A stretch of 64,000 nt of DNA from the human T2T-CHM13v2.0 reference genome, Homo sapiens (GCA_009914755.4 CP086569.2:19552001-19616000), one strand, 5' to 3'; numbered from the stretch's first letter, positions 37,390 through 51,760 are shown. Notes: generated by a model from the letters alone, not told the origin. Translations and numbers: made by a program.

Positions 37390-40300
37390 ATCTCTCCCCG
37401 TCTGCAGAAGTCACCTTAACTGATGTTAGAGGGTTTGGGGCGATGACTCTTTCTGGATGCTTCATGCTAAAAGGGCACAGCAAATGGGGAACAGCAGGGA
37501 GGGTTCCTTCTGGGGTTCACCTAGGGGTCCTCAGAAGAGCAGTGTGTCCATGTGTGGTTCAGTTTGCAGCACTATGTAGGTTTGATGGCTTCGACAGGAG
37601 AAAAAAAAATTGAGTTACAGTTTTGAGTATACAAAATTCAAATATTAGCACAAGACATATAAGCAAGAGAGGGCTTATTACAGGGATTAGCCAATTTTAT
37701 AAAGAATACTGGAATTCATTAAAGAGGGACTGTAGCTACCAGGGGCTGAAAGTTGCATTTTTCCTGAGCTTGTCAATAATTTTAATTTGATTTTTAATTG
37801 CCCGTAGATTTTTCTCTGCTTGAGTAGAGGTGTTTATCTAAGATACAGAATCTCCCTTTTGGGATCTATGAAGTTATTTACTTTTATTTTCCCAAACAAA
37901 GAAAGCTCTGAGTTATGGGCATTGCACTCAATTTTATTACCTGGCAGAATTTGCAGGATAATGTCCCAGAAATAGATCCAGATATTTACACTACCTATCC
38001 TTTTTTTTTTTTTCCTCCCAAGCTGTAGGAGATTACCACTTGACTCTCAGGATTAAGCACGCTTAGTCTAAAAGGTAGACAAAAGGCTTACAATCTATTA
38101 AGTGGACTAAGATTTAATGACAAGTGTATGATAAGCTTTGGAGCACAATTTCTTCAGGCCTCATTTTTTGTTTAAAAAAAGGCAAATTATAGAACCCTGT
38201 GTCTTTTTTGTAGAATAAACTTTAGTCTTATACTTGGACTGATAATTGCATTAAGTGCAGCTAGAATGGTTATTTTTTATATCAGCCTATTGGATTAGCT
38301 TTGATGAAACTCTGCTCTGGAAAGAATTTGAGATAAAACTTTTAAAGCTGAGACTAGCCATGGTTCCTATTCTCAAATGCCTGTAATTTGGTAAGTTGGG
38401 TGATCCTCTGTTCTTGAGGTCCCAGATAAATTTGGAGCTCCAAGGTCTTGTAGAAAGTGCAATTCTTTACTGACCACAGGTGAGGAACACTGTGCAGGGA
38501 CTGGCTTGACAAGGTATGAGGCCAGTTCTCCCTAATGGGCTTTTATCAGCTCTGAGTGCCAAGCTTGATTCCTTAAAAGGAAACACATTCTTTCGGTCAA
38601 TGCCTTGGTCAATTAACCAGTTTTTCCAACTGTGTTCTTTAAAAAAGTAAATGATTCTTATTGCACTCATGGAGACAACAGTCTTGCCATAAGTTAAGAG
38701 TACTTACAGTTTAAAACAAACATGGTCCAAATTTTGTTGACAGGAGAATGTCTTACTGAATTTGCAAGGGCTGCAAATACTTCAAAGTAAGTTTTCTTGA
38801 CTCTGAAAATCAAAACAAGGATCATTAATATTCCAAACTAAGTTAAAAATGCTGCTTTAACTTTCTGAGCGCAGTGCAGTTAGTTAACTCTTCTTTCGCT
38901 TGATATTTGTGAACATGTCAGACCTTTATGAGTGTCGTACATTCTGTCTTTATCCCAACGTTACAGTCATCAAAACTATTAAAAACCTGCATTTGAGAAC
39001 ACCTATTAAAGTCTTTAATATAGCATGATTAAAAACCCTCTTTTCAGAAGGAACCCTAAACAAGACCATTGTCTGCAAATGACAAAATTTCCAGGATAGT
39101 TACAGTTAAAACTATGACTGAGAGAGAAGTTTATTTGTCTCCATGGTTTATAAGAACTTTTCCCTTAATTATGATTGAGAGCATATACTCAGACCTTAGA
39201 ACTTAGAAATGCCACAAAATTTTGGAAAATCTATTAGTATTATTCACCAAATTATAACTTAAAGAAAATTGGACATCATTTTGGCAATCTCTTGTGACTA
39301 AATGTGTCTGTATATGTCTTTTCTGAATGTTTTGGAAGCCCTCTAAACGACTCAGAAAGCCAGGCATTAGGAAGGACAATTTTGAAACTTGAATTATGCT
39401 TTTAGGATGCCTGTTACATTTTAGAGGTTTGGAACACTCGATTTTATGAAATAGCAATCCAGATTGCTATAAATTACTTGTTTTGCCGAAAGGATGGCTC
39501 AAAAGGCAAAAACCATTTTTATTAGTTTTTATTATTACATGACACGTCATTTGGCTCTGAGATCCTGTTCAAAGCCAAATTTTACCCTTGTATTAATTTG
39601 TTAATGTCAACCCCAATTTGATTAAATAAAACCTTATGGATCATTTCACTTAATCTCAACCAATTTGACCATGACGTGAAATATTTACAAACCTTTTAAA
39701 ACGCTTTTACCAAAGGGCAGATTAGTTTCTTAAGAACTCCTTGGTGTGCTTTTATTTCAGTACTCAAGTTATTTAAAAAATACAGTAACTTTTTGAATTT
39801 AATGTTCACTGTTGACATTTAGCAACTTTCTTTTTCAGTGAAAACCCTGGTTAATAAGCAACTTTACTATATACAAGGTGTGGATCCTAGCACCCAGACA
39901 GAAGTGCAGATAAAGTGTGAGTTTTCAGCTTCTATCTCCATGTATCCAAGGTTTTACAAACCTGTAAAGCAGGCAGGAAAAAAACCTTGGAATGTTTAGC
40001 AAACCTGGTGTCCAAATTGTATGATTCAGATGACCTATTTTCATTCTCACAACACTTACATTTTCCCAATAATCCTTAAGACTACATTTCTTAAACTCAC
40101 AGGAACTAAAAAAAAAATTTGATTTAAGTGCTTACTTCTCTTTAAGACAATTAATTAGAGCTTGTTTTTATAGATATTACACACACCACATATATAACAA
40201 CACAAACAGAAGATTCAGAGTTATTTTGTGTGCCAGTTTCTTAATTGGATTATTGGTTTCAAGTTGTAGCCCTTGGAGAAACAGTGTCATTAGCATACAT

Positions 40301-40825
40301 TTTTAGGGTCTAGTAAGTAGATGCAGCTGAAGGCAATTAGCCCATCCCCCTTGGTACTCTTTTTCTTCGTGGAGGAGTGGGGGGTCAGGATGTTTCTCTA
40401 TGTTTTAGGCAGACAAGAGCATGCTTCACTAATTTATAACTACTACTAGCCATTTCATACAGTGCATTTTCTACCTAGTTATTACACACCAAAGCTCTCC
40501 CATAATGTGAAGTAACTTGATATCAGCAAGAGCCACAAAGGGTAAATAACACAATACATAAGAATACAGAGGCTTTGCTTTTCAGAGGAAACTATCTGCT
40601 TTCAATTTTGGGGGTTTCATGAGGAAAACATGGGTGTTTTGTTTTGCTATCTGTGTGTGTGTGTGTGTTTCCCCATATGGGGATTTTGGTACCTACTCTG
40701 TTTTTCCCCAGGAGTCTTATGCTATCAGAAGGTACCTTATTAGGACCTTTCAGGCATGCAATAAGAGTGGTAAGACAGAAAATGATGGAGAAAAATAATT
40801 CAGTCGACTGAGAACAAAAGAGCCT

Positions 40826-41134
40826 TTTTTTTCAATTTTTTTTTTTTTTTTTTTAAACAGATTCTCACTGTTTTGCCCAGGCTGGAGTGCAGTGGTGATA
40901 TCTCGACCCACTGCAAGCCCCGCCTCCTGGGTTCACACCATTCTCCTGCCACAACCTCCTGAGTAGCTGGGACTACAGGCACCTGCCACCACGCCCAGCT
41001 AATTTTTTGTATTTTTAGTAGAGACAGGATTTCACCATGTTAGCCAGTATGGTCTCGATCTCCTGACCTCATGATTTGCCCACCTCGGCCTCCCAAAGTG
41101 CTGGGATTACAGGCATGAGCCACTGCGCCCGGCC
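40826..41134 (-). mobile_element. Alu element (minus) present only in duplication unit 1
   Basis: Poly-T, then gattctcactgttttgcccaggctggagtgcagtggtgatatctcg...caaagtgctgggattacaggcatgagccactgcgcccggcc. The orthologous position in unit 2 (~55890) has no Alu. Confidence 0.9.
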
Positions 41135-42895
41135 CCCCAAAATTTTTTAAATATATCAACAACTAGAACACCTACTTTTAATTAACCTGAACACGTTTTA
41201 AGAAAATTCTTTAAAAAATTTTTTATTACTTGACTTTAGCCCTGCCAAGCAGTTAAGAATTTTGGCTTTTGAACTTTACAAAATATAATCTCATAGATAA
41301 AACCAACTCATGTTATGACTTAAAAGCTAGTGTCCAAGGTATTTTCAGAGGAATAATAGTCAGCTTTTGAATCTTTCATTGCAAAATTTTGATGGAGACA
41401 GTGAAAGAGCATTGACCTAAACAAATCTGTTTCATTTGTTGCCCTCAAGCTGTCTTTGCCAATCCCTGGGCTTAGGCTGAGCCAACTTTAGGAGGAGCCT
41501 GGTTTACAGTCTACAGTCTAAAACAAAGATGATAACAGCTGCTTCCCAAGATATCCTTTCCTCTTGACTGGAGCCCAGAATGAGAAGCTAACCACAAGGT
41601 TAGGGGCCATGGCTTAGGTGTCAGGGAGGTGGAGGCTACAAGGTTTTGACCTTCCCTAAACTGCTTTCAAGATCAGTGCTTAAGATATTGTATAAACCCT
41701 GCCCTTGGTGGATCAGCTGGGACCACCCAGATTGAAAAACTGGCTTATCGGATTTTGTGGCCCTCACCCATGAACTGACTTAGCAGAAGAAGAAAGCCAC
41801 CTTTGTAAAATGGCAGAGACTAAAACCAATTATTGCCACATAGTTACAGGTTATGTTCCCAAGGACATGGAACAAGATGTAGGACTGTAACCCAGTTTGT
41901 TACTGACCATTTAGTTGCTCTGGCTTGCACAGAAGGCTTATGGGGTCTTGGGCCTTCACCCTGACTTAAGATACCCTTTTGTTGACAGAAAGATACAGAA
42001 GGACATGCAAAGCACACAAATAGTCTACAACTTAAGATCAACCTCATAAATCTTTTTTCGTTATTTATAAATTTACCTAGAATATAAACAATAATCCTTA
42101 TTTTCTTTTTTACCCATTTACTAAGGGAGAGAGAAGCCAAAGACCAACTGGTAAGAAATTTTTACCCTTTTGCCAGCATATCAGGCTTCTACATTTCCTT
42201 TCTTCTAGCTCAACTCTAAGCCAAGCATTTTAAGGTTTGGAAATTAACTTTTCCAAGATTGGATGAACAGTATGAAAGATATAGAAGCCATATTAAATCA
42301 CAAAAAAAAAAAAAATGAAAAACACTATAGAAAGAAGTTCCAGTTAAAATTTTCAAGAGGTATTGCCCCTTTTCCTATAGGGAATGGTATTTCCCCTATT
42401 TCTTTACCTAGGGAAAGTTTCTCTTTTCCCTTTTAGCCTACTATAGAAGACATGTTGCTCATCTCCACAATTTTCTTTTGCTTGCAGAGCTGCCTCTTTT
42501 AGCTGAAGTTAGACTTTGGCTTAGGAGCAGAAAAACATTCCTTCAAAAGAGATGAAATACCTAAGTTAAATTTTGGAAAGCGCCTATGTGTCTATCAGGA
42601 TCATCAGAAATTTGGCATGACCTCCCTTTATTTTCCAAAGTTCCTCCAATGAGAAGAGAGAACTTGAAGGGGCCCCAAATAAGGGAATCCTCAGATGGTT
42701 CCCCTGAAACTTGCTTCTCTAATTTTGGGTAATTTTTCTCTTTGGGACTGCCTGATAGGATTGCTAAATGCGCTGGGTTATTCTGCAACACTTACAAAGC
42801 TGTAGTAAGAAGGCCATGCCATTGTGCAAAAGTAAATAAACTATTTCTTCAAAGTTTCAGGGTTGAAGGAATCCAAGCACTTTAAAATACACTCA

Positions 42896-43185
42896 GCCAG
42901 GTGCGGTGGTTCACGCCTGTAATCCCAGCACTCTGGGAGGCTGTGGCGTGCAGATTATGAGGTCAGGAGTTTGAGACTAGGCTGACCAACATGGTGAAAC
43001 CGCATCGCTACTAAAAATACTAAAACTAGCCAGGTGTGTTGGTGCGTGCCAGTAGTTCCAGCTGCTCATGAGGCTGAGGCACAAGAATCCCTTGACCCCA
43101 AGAGGCAGAGTTTCCAGTGAGCCAAGACCTCACCAATGCACTCCAGCATGGGTGACAGAGTAAGATTCTGTCTCACACACAGGCA
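42896..43185 (+). mobile_element. Alu element (shared by both duplication units; unit-2 copy at 57668-57955), followed by a (TG)n/(TA)n microsatellite at 43186-43312
   Basis: cagccaggtgcggtggttcacgcctgtaatcccagcactctgggaggctgtggcgtgcagattatgaggtcaggagtttgagac... Confidence 0.9.
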
Positions 43186-44639
43186 TATAAATAAATATAC
43201 ATATGTGTGTGTGTGTGTGTGTGGTGTGTGTGTGTGTGTATACGTATATATACATATATACATATATGCATATACGAATATGTATATATATATATATATA
43301 TATATATTCCAAGGGAATGGATGTTAAAGACTATCTGTTACCAATCTAGAAAGAGAGGTAAGAATAAAAGCACCTTTTTACTCTCCTTCCTTTCAGTATG
43401 TGATTCCGAAAGGAGATTAGTACATTAGGGGGTGTTCTGTAACTGTAGTTTTTCTTTGCTCCTGAAATTCAGCTCCCATTTAAATGTGACACCCATGACT
43501 GCAGTCATGACATTTTAAGCCATGTTACCAGAGAAACTAAACTTTTGGGTAATGGTATTGCCTTCCACAAGCAGTCTTATTCCTCTTTCCTTTATTTTCC
43601 TTTTATTTCTTAGACTTGTGTTGCCTGCATGCCTTTCTTAAAAAATGGATTTCAGGAAAAACAATGCAATTAGGCAAGACCCCTTTAAGAGAAGTGTCTG
43701 CTAGATTGAACTCTATGTTCTGCCATTGTGGCCAGTAGTAAAGCATGTACCCATAGTGAAATGGTTCCCATTAACTTCTGGACTTAAAGTCCTCTTACTA
43801 ATTAAATACCGTCTTAATAGGAGAGATAATAGAAGCTTTAAAGGAACATAGGAACCAAATGGAGGATTATTTTCCTGCCAGTGGGACACTATGGAGGCTA
43901 AAATTTGTCTACAGAAAACATCTTACTCCTAATTGCTAAAGGCAGAAACTGTCGATCTCAGAAGAGGCCTAGAGCCTGATTTCTAACAGTGTGAAAGAAA
44001 GCTTTGGACTTGCACTGAAAAAAACAGGAACAAAGTGTGCTTCTTAGAGGATTTCCATTTTCACTAGGTGGTGGTGTTGGCTGAGAAATGCTATGTGCTC
44101 ACCAGAGAAGTGGCAACAAGTAAACTCACCACAGAGGAAAAGGGGAAAACTCTGTTCCTAGACTGTAACAATCCCTGCCCATTTCATGCAGAGAAGGATT
44201 AAGAGGCTGGAGATGGAGAAGAAGAGTTTTGCAAAAGGATAGTTAAGGATTCTCTGCAAACACCCTAAATGGGCTGTCGGAGGCTGCGTCCAGGTCATTG
44301 GCCTCTGAATCATGCCAGCATGTGCCCCGGTCAGAAATTCAATACCCATTTGTAATGTGGTGTTCTCCATGTTCTCCCCAGCTAGCCTCACATCCATGTT
44401 TTTATTACGGCAGTTAACGCTAACAGTAGGTACTAGGCTGATGGATTTCCATTGATTTATTGGATTTATTTTAATATAGAGGCTAACTGCACCTCAGAGT
44501 GATAGAACAGGTTTTAAGCTTGCTTCCATACTCACCACTCTGAGGAAGACTGTACCTTGGATTCCCATGCAATGCACCAAAATGACTCAGCTCTGACGAG
44601 TGGAGAAACACTAGGGCTTTTGTATCCTGCTAATTGGGT

Positions 44640-45228
44640 AGAATAACACAGACACACGTGAAGTGGTTTTAAGGAGCAGAGCATTTAATAGGCAGAAAGA
44701 AGGAAGAAGAAAGAAGGAAGAAGCCTCTCTGTACAAAGAGAGAGGGAAGGAGGGGCTCCAAACCCGAGAAAGGAAAGCCTAAGTGAGGCAGAAACCAGCC
44801 AGCTGCATAAGGAGGCTGGAGGAGGTGGTGCCTGATTTCTATAGGCTCAGGGGATTGGTTTGACCAGTCTCCTCACTCATGTAGCCCCTAAAATACTGGC
44901 CCTCCCCCCGCTCCGCCCAGACTTTTAGAATGCAGATGCAGGGTACCAGGATGTTCTGCATACCTGGGGATATGTGGGGGAGGCCATGTGGCCAGGCATT
45001 TGTGGGGGCAAGGTCAAGGAGAAGAGAGCAGGAAGCCATGTTTGGGTGGACTCAGTTTCTGACGGCGGACATTTGCATATCAAAATTTGCCTGCCCGACT
45101 CCAAGAGCCAGGCCTTTCCGGCTAGACAGGAAACTTTTCTGGAGCTGCTTTAAATGAGACAAAAACGTTCCAAGGACACCAGGTTTTCTCTATCTGCTTA
45201 AAATGATTTCTTAATAACTCCTATACAC
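44640..45228 (+). repeat. LTR-like interspersed repeat, copy 2 of 3
   Basis: See 36820-37389. It lies inside duplication unit 1. Confidence 0.55.
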
Positions 45229-45390
45229 TTATGACTCCATATTATTGCAGTGTGCTTTGTTTATTTTATATCATATGTAAATTTTTCAAGTTTTAAGTCA
45301 TTAAATTCATAAATATTTATCATTATTTATGCCACATTTTGTAGCATGCTTGGAAAGGTCTTTCCTCAGATTTATTCTTAGAAGCTGTGA

Positions 45391-45685
45391 CTGGGCACAG
45401 TGGCTCATGCTTGTGATCTCAGCACTTTACGAGGCCCAGGCAGTAGGATCGCTTGAGGTCATGGGTTTGAGAGCAGCCTGCGCAACATAGGAAGACCCTG
45501 TCTGCACAAAAAATTAAAATTAGCTTTACGTGGCAGGTGGTGGTAGTTGCCTCTAGTCACAGTTACTTGGGAGGCTAAAGTGCGAGGACTGCTTGAGCTC
45601 AGGAGTTCGAGGCTGTAGCGAGCCATGATTACACCGCTGCACTCCAGCATTTGTGACAGAGCAAGATTCTGTCTCTACAAAAAAG
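45391..45685 (+). mobile_element. Alu element (shared by both units; unit-2 copy 60130-60425)
   Basis: ctgggcacagtggctcatgcttgtgatctcagcactttacgaggcccaggcagtaggatcgcttgaggtcatgggtttgagagcagcctg... Confidence 0.9.
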
Positions 45686-45797
45686 AAACATACACGATGT
45701 ATAAAATGATACTGTCATAAAACGAAGATTGTGTAAACAGTGTCTGAGCAGTGGCTGAAAGCTCTGAGGAAAAAAAACTGAATGCATTTTTTTTTAG

Positions 45798-45901
45798 GTT
45801 TTTGTATGCATTTATTAAAATAATTAGCAGAATATCATCAAGCTAAAAAGAGTTGTAACATGGAAACACAGACAACTTTGCCATTTATCAGAGATTCTCT
45901 A
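45798..45901 (+). pseudogene. OFD1-like exon 6, frameshifted (..[20 protein letters not shown] against OFD1 [35 protein letters not shown])
   Basis: Acceptor tttttttttag|ggtttttgtatgcatttattaaaataattagcagaatatcatcaagctaaaaagagttgtaacatggaaacacagacaactttgccatttatcagagattctct.., then the donor region ag|gtaatt. The nucleotides are co-linear with the OFD1 cDNA, with indels. Confidence 0.8.
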
Positions 45902-47718
45902 GGTAATTACAGTCTTCTTTCTTAATTTCAATTCTGTTGTTTCCATTTTGAATGAAGGAAGCTACCTGATTTACCAAGTTGTGTGGTTGCTTCTTGAACA
46001 AGAGGGATGCAGCCTGCAGGGAAAAGGGGAATTTACTTTTTCTGGAATCATCCTGGGGGCCCAGCAAGTGCTCTCCAATGTCATTTCCTGGCCTCATGCA
46101 TGCCAGGGCTACATTGGCCAAAGCATGCAAGGATTCAAAGGCCCAAAATCTTCCCTGTTTGTTGAGTTTTACCTCTCTTAACTGGGAGGTCCTTCCTCGT
46201 GTCTTGTCTTAAGTTTACAGCAACCAAGGTAGAAGATTATGGACTATTTGTTTTGCAGAGAACTAGAGAAGTAATTGGCTCATCGCTTCAATTTACAGTG
46301 GAGGAAATCGAGGTCCTCAGAGGGAGGGCAAATTGAAAACGTTCAATCTGCCTCAGAGCAGCTAGTGATGTCCGAATTCTCCCATCCATGATCTAGATTT
46401 TGTGTACTACGCAGCGGGTCGACAATACCATCTTGCCCTTCAGTTTTGCACTCAGTAGAGATGGGAGACAGCTGTTTAAAATGATGTGCTTAATGGATTT
46501 TTGGGCCTTCCTTATTCTTAAATAGTAACAATAACATGTTAGAAGATAAATTCAAAATTTGTATTATCTGACTATGCCTTTAATTAAGTGTAGGTTTAAT
46601 TCCATTAGAAACATTTTACTTGATAATTATCAAGCAGTGCTGTCCAATAGGTGAGCCACATACATAATGTTCAGTTTTCTAGTAGCCACATTGAAAACAG
46701 TAAAAAGAAATAGATAAAATTAGCTTTAACAATATATTTAATCCAATACATCCAAAATATGATTTCAACATGTGTTCAATATAAAAATATGAATGAGATA
46801 TTTCACTTTCTTTTTGCTTTGTTTTTGCACTAAGTTTTGAAATCTCATGTGTTTTTTACATTTAAGGCACATCTCAGTTCAGACTGGTCGCCTTTCCAGT
46901 GTCAATGGCTGTATGTGGCTGGAGGGTCTTGTGTAGGACAGCATTTGAAAAATACAGAAAAGTAGATGAAAAAACATGTCTAAAGTCATGCCTACCAGGG
47001 ACAAACACTATCAATGTTATCGTCTACTTCTGCCAGCCTTTTTCCCACTGGGCATACTTTTTTGGTGTGTTACACATGCTCAAGATTGTACCCTGGGTTC
47101 AGATTTGCACTCTGCTGTGTGGTTGATTTTAGTCCATAGTTGGTTTGAGGCCCACTTGACTAATGGAAGAAAGAGTCAGTCGGTCTCATTTTAGTCCTGG
47201 CTATGCTGTTATTTAATCACTTTTTCAGCTATATTGGTATGTGTTCTTTATCTGCAAAGTGGAGGCATTGAAGTAACATGACCTTTGATTCCTTTACAGT
47301 TATTGTTTTGAATCTGAAGTCAATTTTAACAAAAGTCCGATAAAGAGCTCTCTTCCTTAGCATTTAGTTAATAGGAAGAGACAGCAGTATTTTCTGACTT
47401 TAACTGTACTCTTCAATTTCTATTTCCTCCAACATTTTATGATGAACATTTTGAAACATATAGAAAAGTAGAAAGAATTCTATCAAACACTTATAAACCT
47501 CCCACCTAAATTCCATTATTACATTGGCATTATATATGCTTCATTACTTTTATCTGTTTATCCACACATCCATCTTTCTTTTTTTGTGTATTTTGAAGTA
47601 AATCGCAGACACCCATGCTTTCCCCTAAGTATACTCTTTACCTTTGAAAAAGAAAACTGGCCTCTTACACACCTGACCATGCTTCTATGTCCTCTTTTGA
47701 CATGTTATTTTTTAATAC

Positions 47719-47855
47719 CTGGGAAGTTTCAGCTTATTGATGATCAGTTTGCAGATGCTTACTCTCAGCATATCAAGGGTGAGTCTTTAGAAATAAAGCT
47801 AAATGAATATGAGAGAGAAATAAAAGAGCAAGTTCAGGCAGAAATGTGTCAAAAT
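47719..47855 (+). pseudogene. OFD1-like exon 7. The reading frame is intact but the acceptor AG is mutated to AC (ttaatac|ctggg). It lies 51 bp upstream of provirus 2
   Basis: ..[41 protein letters not shown], then |gtaagc. OFD1 reads [41 protein letters not shown]. Confidence 0.85.
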
Positions 47856-48678
47856 GTAAGCTTTACCTTGTTATTGTTAACAAGAGTGACATTTTTGTTT
47901 GTCTTCTGTGAGAAAAAGTGTATCTGGGTTGCCAGTTGAGTTTGTCTCCCCTGTGTGAGACACCCATGGCGAGCCATGAGTGGCCTCTGAGGAGAAAAGT
48001 CTCCTTATTGCCTTCATGTCTTTATGCCCTGAGAGCGTAACCACTCAGAGAGCATATCCACTCAGTGGCATTCTACAGGTTCCTCGGGGAGATAACACTC
48101 CCTGGAAAGAGTGGAGTGTAATCAAACGTCTTGGCTCCTCCTGAAACCTGCTCCCACCTGCTTCAGTCCCAATATGTTAAATATCTTAAGTAGTTTAAAC
48201 ACACACCTTTACTCAAGAAAATTCACAGAAACTGCCACTGCTACACATCTTATTGAATGACTCATGACTTCTCCTTCATTGATTAATCCTTTTCTTCATC
48301 CCTTCCTCCCCCCTCCCATCTGACATAAGAACAAAGAGCTTGTAAACCAACAAATTGGGTGGAGCCTAAGAACTCTGGGCCATGAACAAGCCTTTGACAC
48401 TGCAGTTCCCTTAACCCACCTTTTAAACACTGATTCTATCTCTTTCTAACTCCTTTGTCTGCACGGGACTCAGGGGACCCACTGGGTGGTGAGGGGATGG
48501 TTTCCCCATGTGGCACACAACACAGTGCTCCAAGTAATCTCTACAAATAATCTGGTAAAGAAATGACAGAGAGTGGAAAGTGGAGGACGCCTGATGAAGG
48601 AGGCCCGAGTACATTTTCACTTCAAGCTCCGTGGGTAAGTAGGGCACTCAGAGAATTCCAGGGTAACCTCAAGAAAAT

Positions 48679-50060
48679 ATAGGTCAGACTGAAAGTAAGT
48701 TTGCCAATTATTTAGCCTGCTGCAGCAGTTATTGTGCCTCAGAGGGATAATTGTGAGTACCCAAAATCTCACTTCTTTGTTCCATAACCTAGAAAAGTTT
48801 TCTCCTTGGTTCCTGGAATATGGAACCATGAATGTAGAAGATTGGGATAAAGTTGGATGAGACTTAAAACAAGCACAGCAAGAGGGCCATGATATTCCCT
48901 TCTCTGCTTGGTCTGTGTGGTCAGCAATTAAAACTGCACTGGAGCCCTTCCACCCAGAGGATGAGGAGGAGTTTCAGGGTGACATAGAAAAGTTTAATAA
49001 CCATGAGTCTGACGATCAGCAAAGTGAACCATCACAGTCTAGTTTTAAATAAGGGGAAGAAACCAGAAGCTCTATATGCTAACCCCCAAAAAACTTATGA
49101 AAGAAAGAGTTCCACCTACAGCAGAAACAGTGCCAACTACTGCGCCTTTATGGGAACGTCTGGAACGGCCAGCTCCGCCTTAGCCTTATGAATTGTTGTT
49201 AAAGGAGCCTGTGACTTGGCTTGCCGCTCCCATTGTTGCACACCCAGCCATTAACTATGGCAAAAGGAAGCTTCAGGCTAACCCAACAGCCAGTTACAGT
49301 GAGGGAATGATCCAGGCTTGTCCACCTGTTAATTGTGGTAAAGGAATGCTTTCATCCAGCCCAAATACAAATTATGGCACAGAGACAATCAAGGCATCTA
49401 CTCGCCAGGCACGAGAAATGGGGGATTTGGATGCTTGGCCGTATCCAGTAATTATTTTTCCTGCTGAGGAGCCTGGAGAACATCCTGAGGCACTCTGGGA
49501 GCCATTTACTTTTAAAATATTAGAAGACTTAAAGCAAGCAATTGGAAAATAGGGGCCAAATTTTCCTTATGTTCATTCCTTGTTACAATCTGTGGCTTAT
49601 AACTGGCATTTAACCTATGGAATCTCTCCAATTTAAACCCTGGTGGATGGATGAAGCAACAAATACGGCACACAGAAATGCTCAAGCTCAACCTGCCATT
49701 GATATCACATCTGATCAATTGCTTGGAATCGGACAGGCATGGGGTACTGTAAATGAACCCATGGTAATGGGTGATGAGGCTGTTGGTCAGTTCAGAACTC
49801 TATGCCTAAGAACCTGGGAAAACATTCATGACCCTGGTACTACTTATCCTTCTTTTAACTCATTTCAACAGTGTCCAAGGGAGACTTATCCAGATTTTAT
49901 CGCCTGTTTCCAAGACGCGGCTCAAAAGACTGTTTCAGATTCTCATGCCAGGAAAGTGATTATTCAGCTGCTTGCTTATGAAAATGCTAATACAGAATGT
50001 CAGGCAGCAATTAGACTTAGTAAGGGAGAGGCAGATCAAAATTACACTTACTGGGTCTAC
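48679..50060 (+). pseudogene. gag: Provirus 2 gag (start codon lost; CA region largely open)
   Basis: Reads ..NYLACCSSYCASEG..EKFSPWFLEYGTMNVED.. (the gag N-terminus). ORF 49193-49552 is the p15-like middle, and ORF 49617-50129 (170 aa) contains the CA major-homology region. Confidence 0.8.
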
Positions 50061-50099
50061 ATTCCATTCCCACTACTGATTAGGCCTGTTGCGTGGTTA

Positions 50100-51760
50100 G
50101 ACCCTCCTGGTGGATGGACCAACAGATAAGCAAGGTCCTACTCATCTAGAGCAGGCGGGAATGTTGGTGAATGTTTCCATTGATTATCGCTTTCCTCCCA
50201 TCTGCCTGGGGCTGGCAGCAGGATGTTTAAATTATGATAAAGTGGGACATAAATGTCCCTACACAAAATGCATCAAAAGCCTCTATTCATGCAATCAATG
50301 AAGCAACATTTTAATCTTTGGACACTATTAAATACTTGAGCACGGCTATGTTATGACACGTTGCCAGATTACTGAATTTAAACCTAATATGAATCCCTGC
50401 CCTAGGCAGGCCACTAAATGGCCTGAAAAGTTAGAGGTGCTAACTTGGGAAGATTGTATTGCAAACAGTGCTGCGCTACTGTAAAATAATTCCTATAACA
50501 TCGCCATTGATTGGGTCCCTAGGGGACACTTTGCAGTAAATTTTACTGGCCAGCGCAAAGATTGTAGAGGGACTCCTGCAAATGACTACCCAGATAATGC
50601 ACCAAAATTATGTAGAAGAATTGAAACAAATTACCCTATTAAGTGGGAGGAGAATGGTATGGCTCCTCCAAGCCCAAAAATGATCGATCCAGTTATGAGA
50701 CCAGAACATCCAGAACTGTGGAAATTAATGATGGCTCAAACCCCAGTTTGGATTTGGATAGGAGAATATAAAACAGAGACTCATAGTAAAAAACTTTCAT
50801 TTGCTGTAGCCATGACCTCTAATCAGACGGTCCCATTGCAGAGTTTTGTTAAACCTCCTTTTATGTTGGCAGCCGGGAAAATTAATTTCCTACCTGACTC
50901 CGAAACCATACCCTGCCTTAACTGTCACCTTTTTACCTGCATTAATTCTACCTTTAATAAAGATAATAGCATTTTTACTGGTTAGGGCCTGAGAAGGAAT
51001 TCAGATACTTGTTTCCCTCAATAGACCTTGGGAGGACTCTCCCTCCATACATATTATCACTGAAGTACTAAAAGGAATATTTAATAGATCAAAGAGATTC
51101 ATATTTACTTTAATAGCTGTGGTCATGGGCCTTATAGCTGTCACAGCTACTGCTTCTGCACTGTTGCTGCTTTGCACTCTTCTATTCAAACTGCGGGCTT
51201 TGTGGATAGTTGGCAGAAAAATTCTTCTAAGCTTTGGAATTCCCAAAGCCAAGTAGATCAAAAATTGGCAAATCAAATTAATGATCTCTGTCAGACAGTA
51301 ATTTGGATGGGGGATTGGACTACTGGCTTGGAGTGTAGAAGTCAAATGCAATGTGATTGGAATACTTTGGATTTTTGTGTTTCTCCTAGCCCTATAATGT
51401 CACTGAACATCATTGAGAGATGATTAGACATCACCCACAAGGAAAAGAACATAGTTTAACACTAGATATTGCCAAACTGAAAAAACAAGTTTTTGAGTCA
51501 TCTCAGGCTCATCTTATCCTGTTGCCTGGAGCTGATATTCTTGCTGGAGCCACTGATGGCTTTTCTAATACCATTCCTTTAAAGTAGATTAAAACCATAG
51601 GTGGATCAACAATTGCAAATTTTATTTTGGTTTGTGTCTGCTTATGCTATTTGTTTTTAGTCAACAGATGCAGACAGCCCCTTGGGTGAGAGGCCAGACA
51701 CCAGCCATGATAGCAATGGCAGTTATTAATCAAAAAATTAATAAAGACAAAAAAGAGAGA
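50100..51760 (+). pseudogene. env: Provirus 2 env (SU and TM; multiple stops and frameshifts)
   Basis: The gag sequence passes directly into env, so pro and pol are absent. The TM hallmarks match HERV-K env: RFIFTLIAV fusion peptide, ..[19 protein letters not shown].., CDWNT.DFC, EHHWD-like, and the membrane-spanning tail ..AMIAMAVINQK. Confidence 0.8.

Noticed and set aside
36820-45228. LTR-like copies 1 and 2 (7.8 kb apart, same orientation) as the two LTRs of a full-length provirus
   Set aside because: The copies differ by ~25%. No PBS follows copy 1 and no PPT precedes copy 2. The intervening DNA contains no gag/pol/env-like ORFs and is partly unique DNA shared with duplication unit 2. 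They are independent solo copies of a dispersed repeat.
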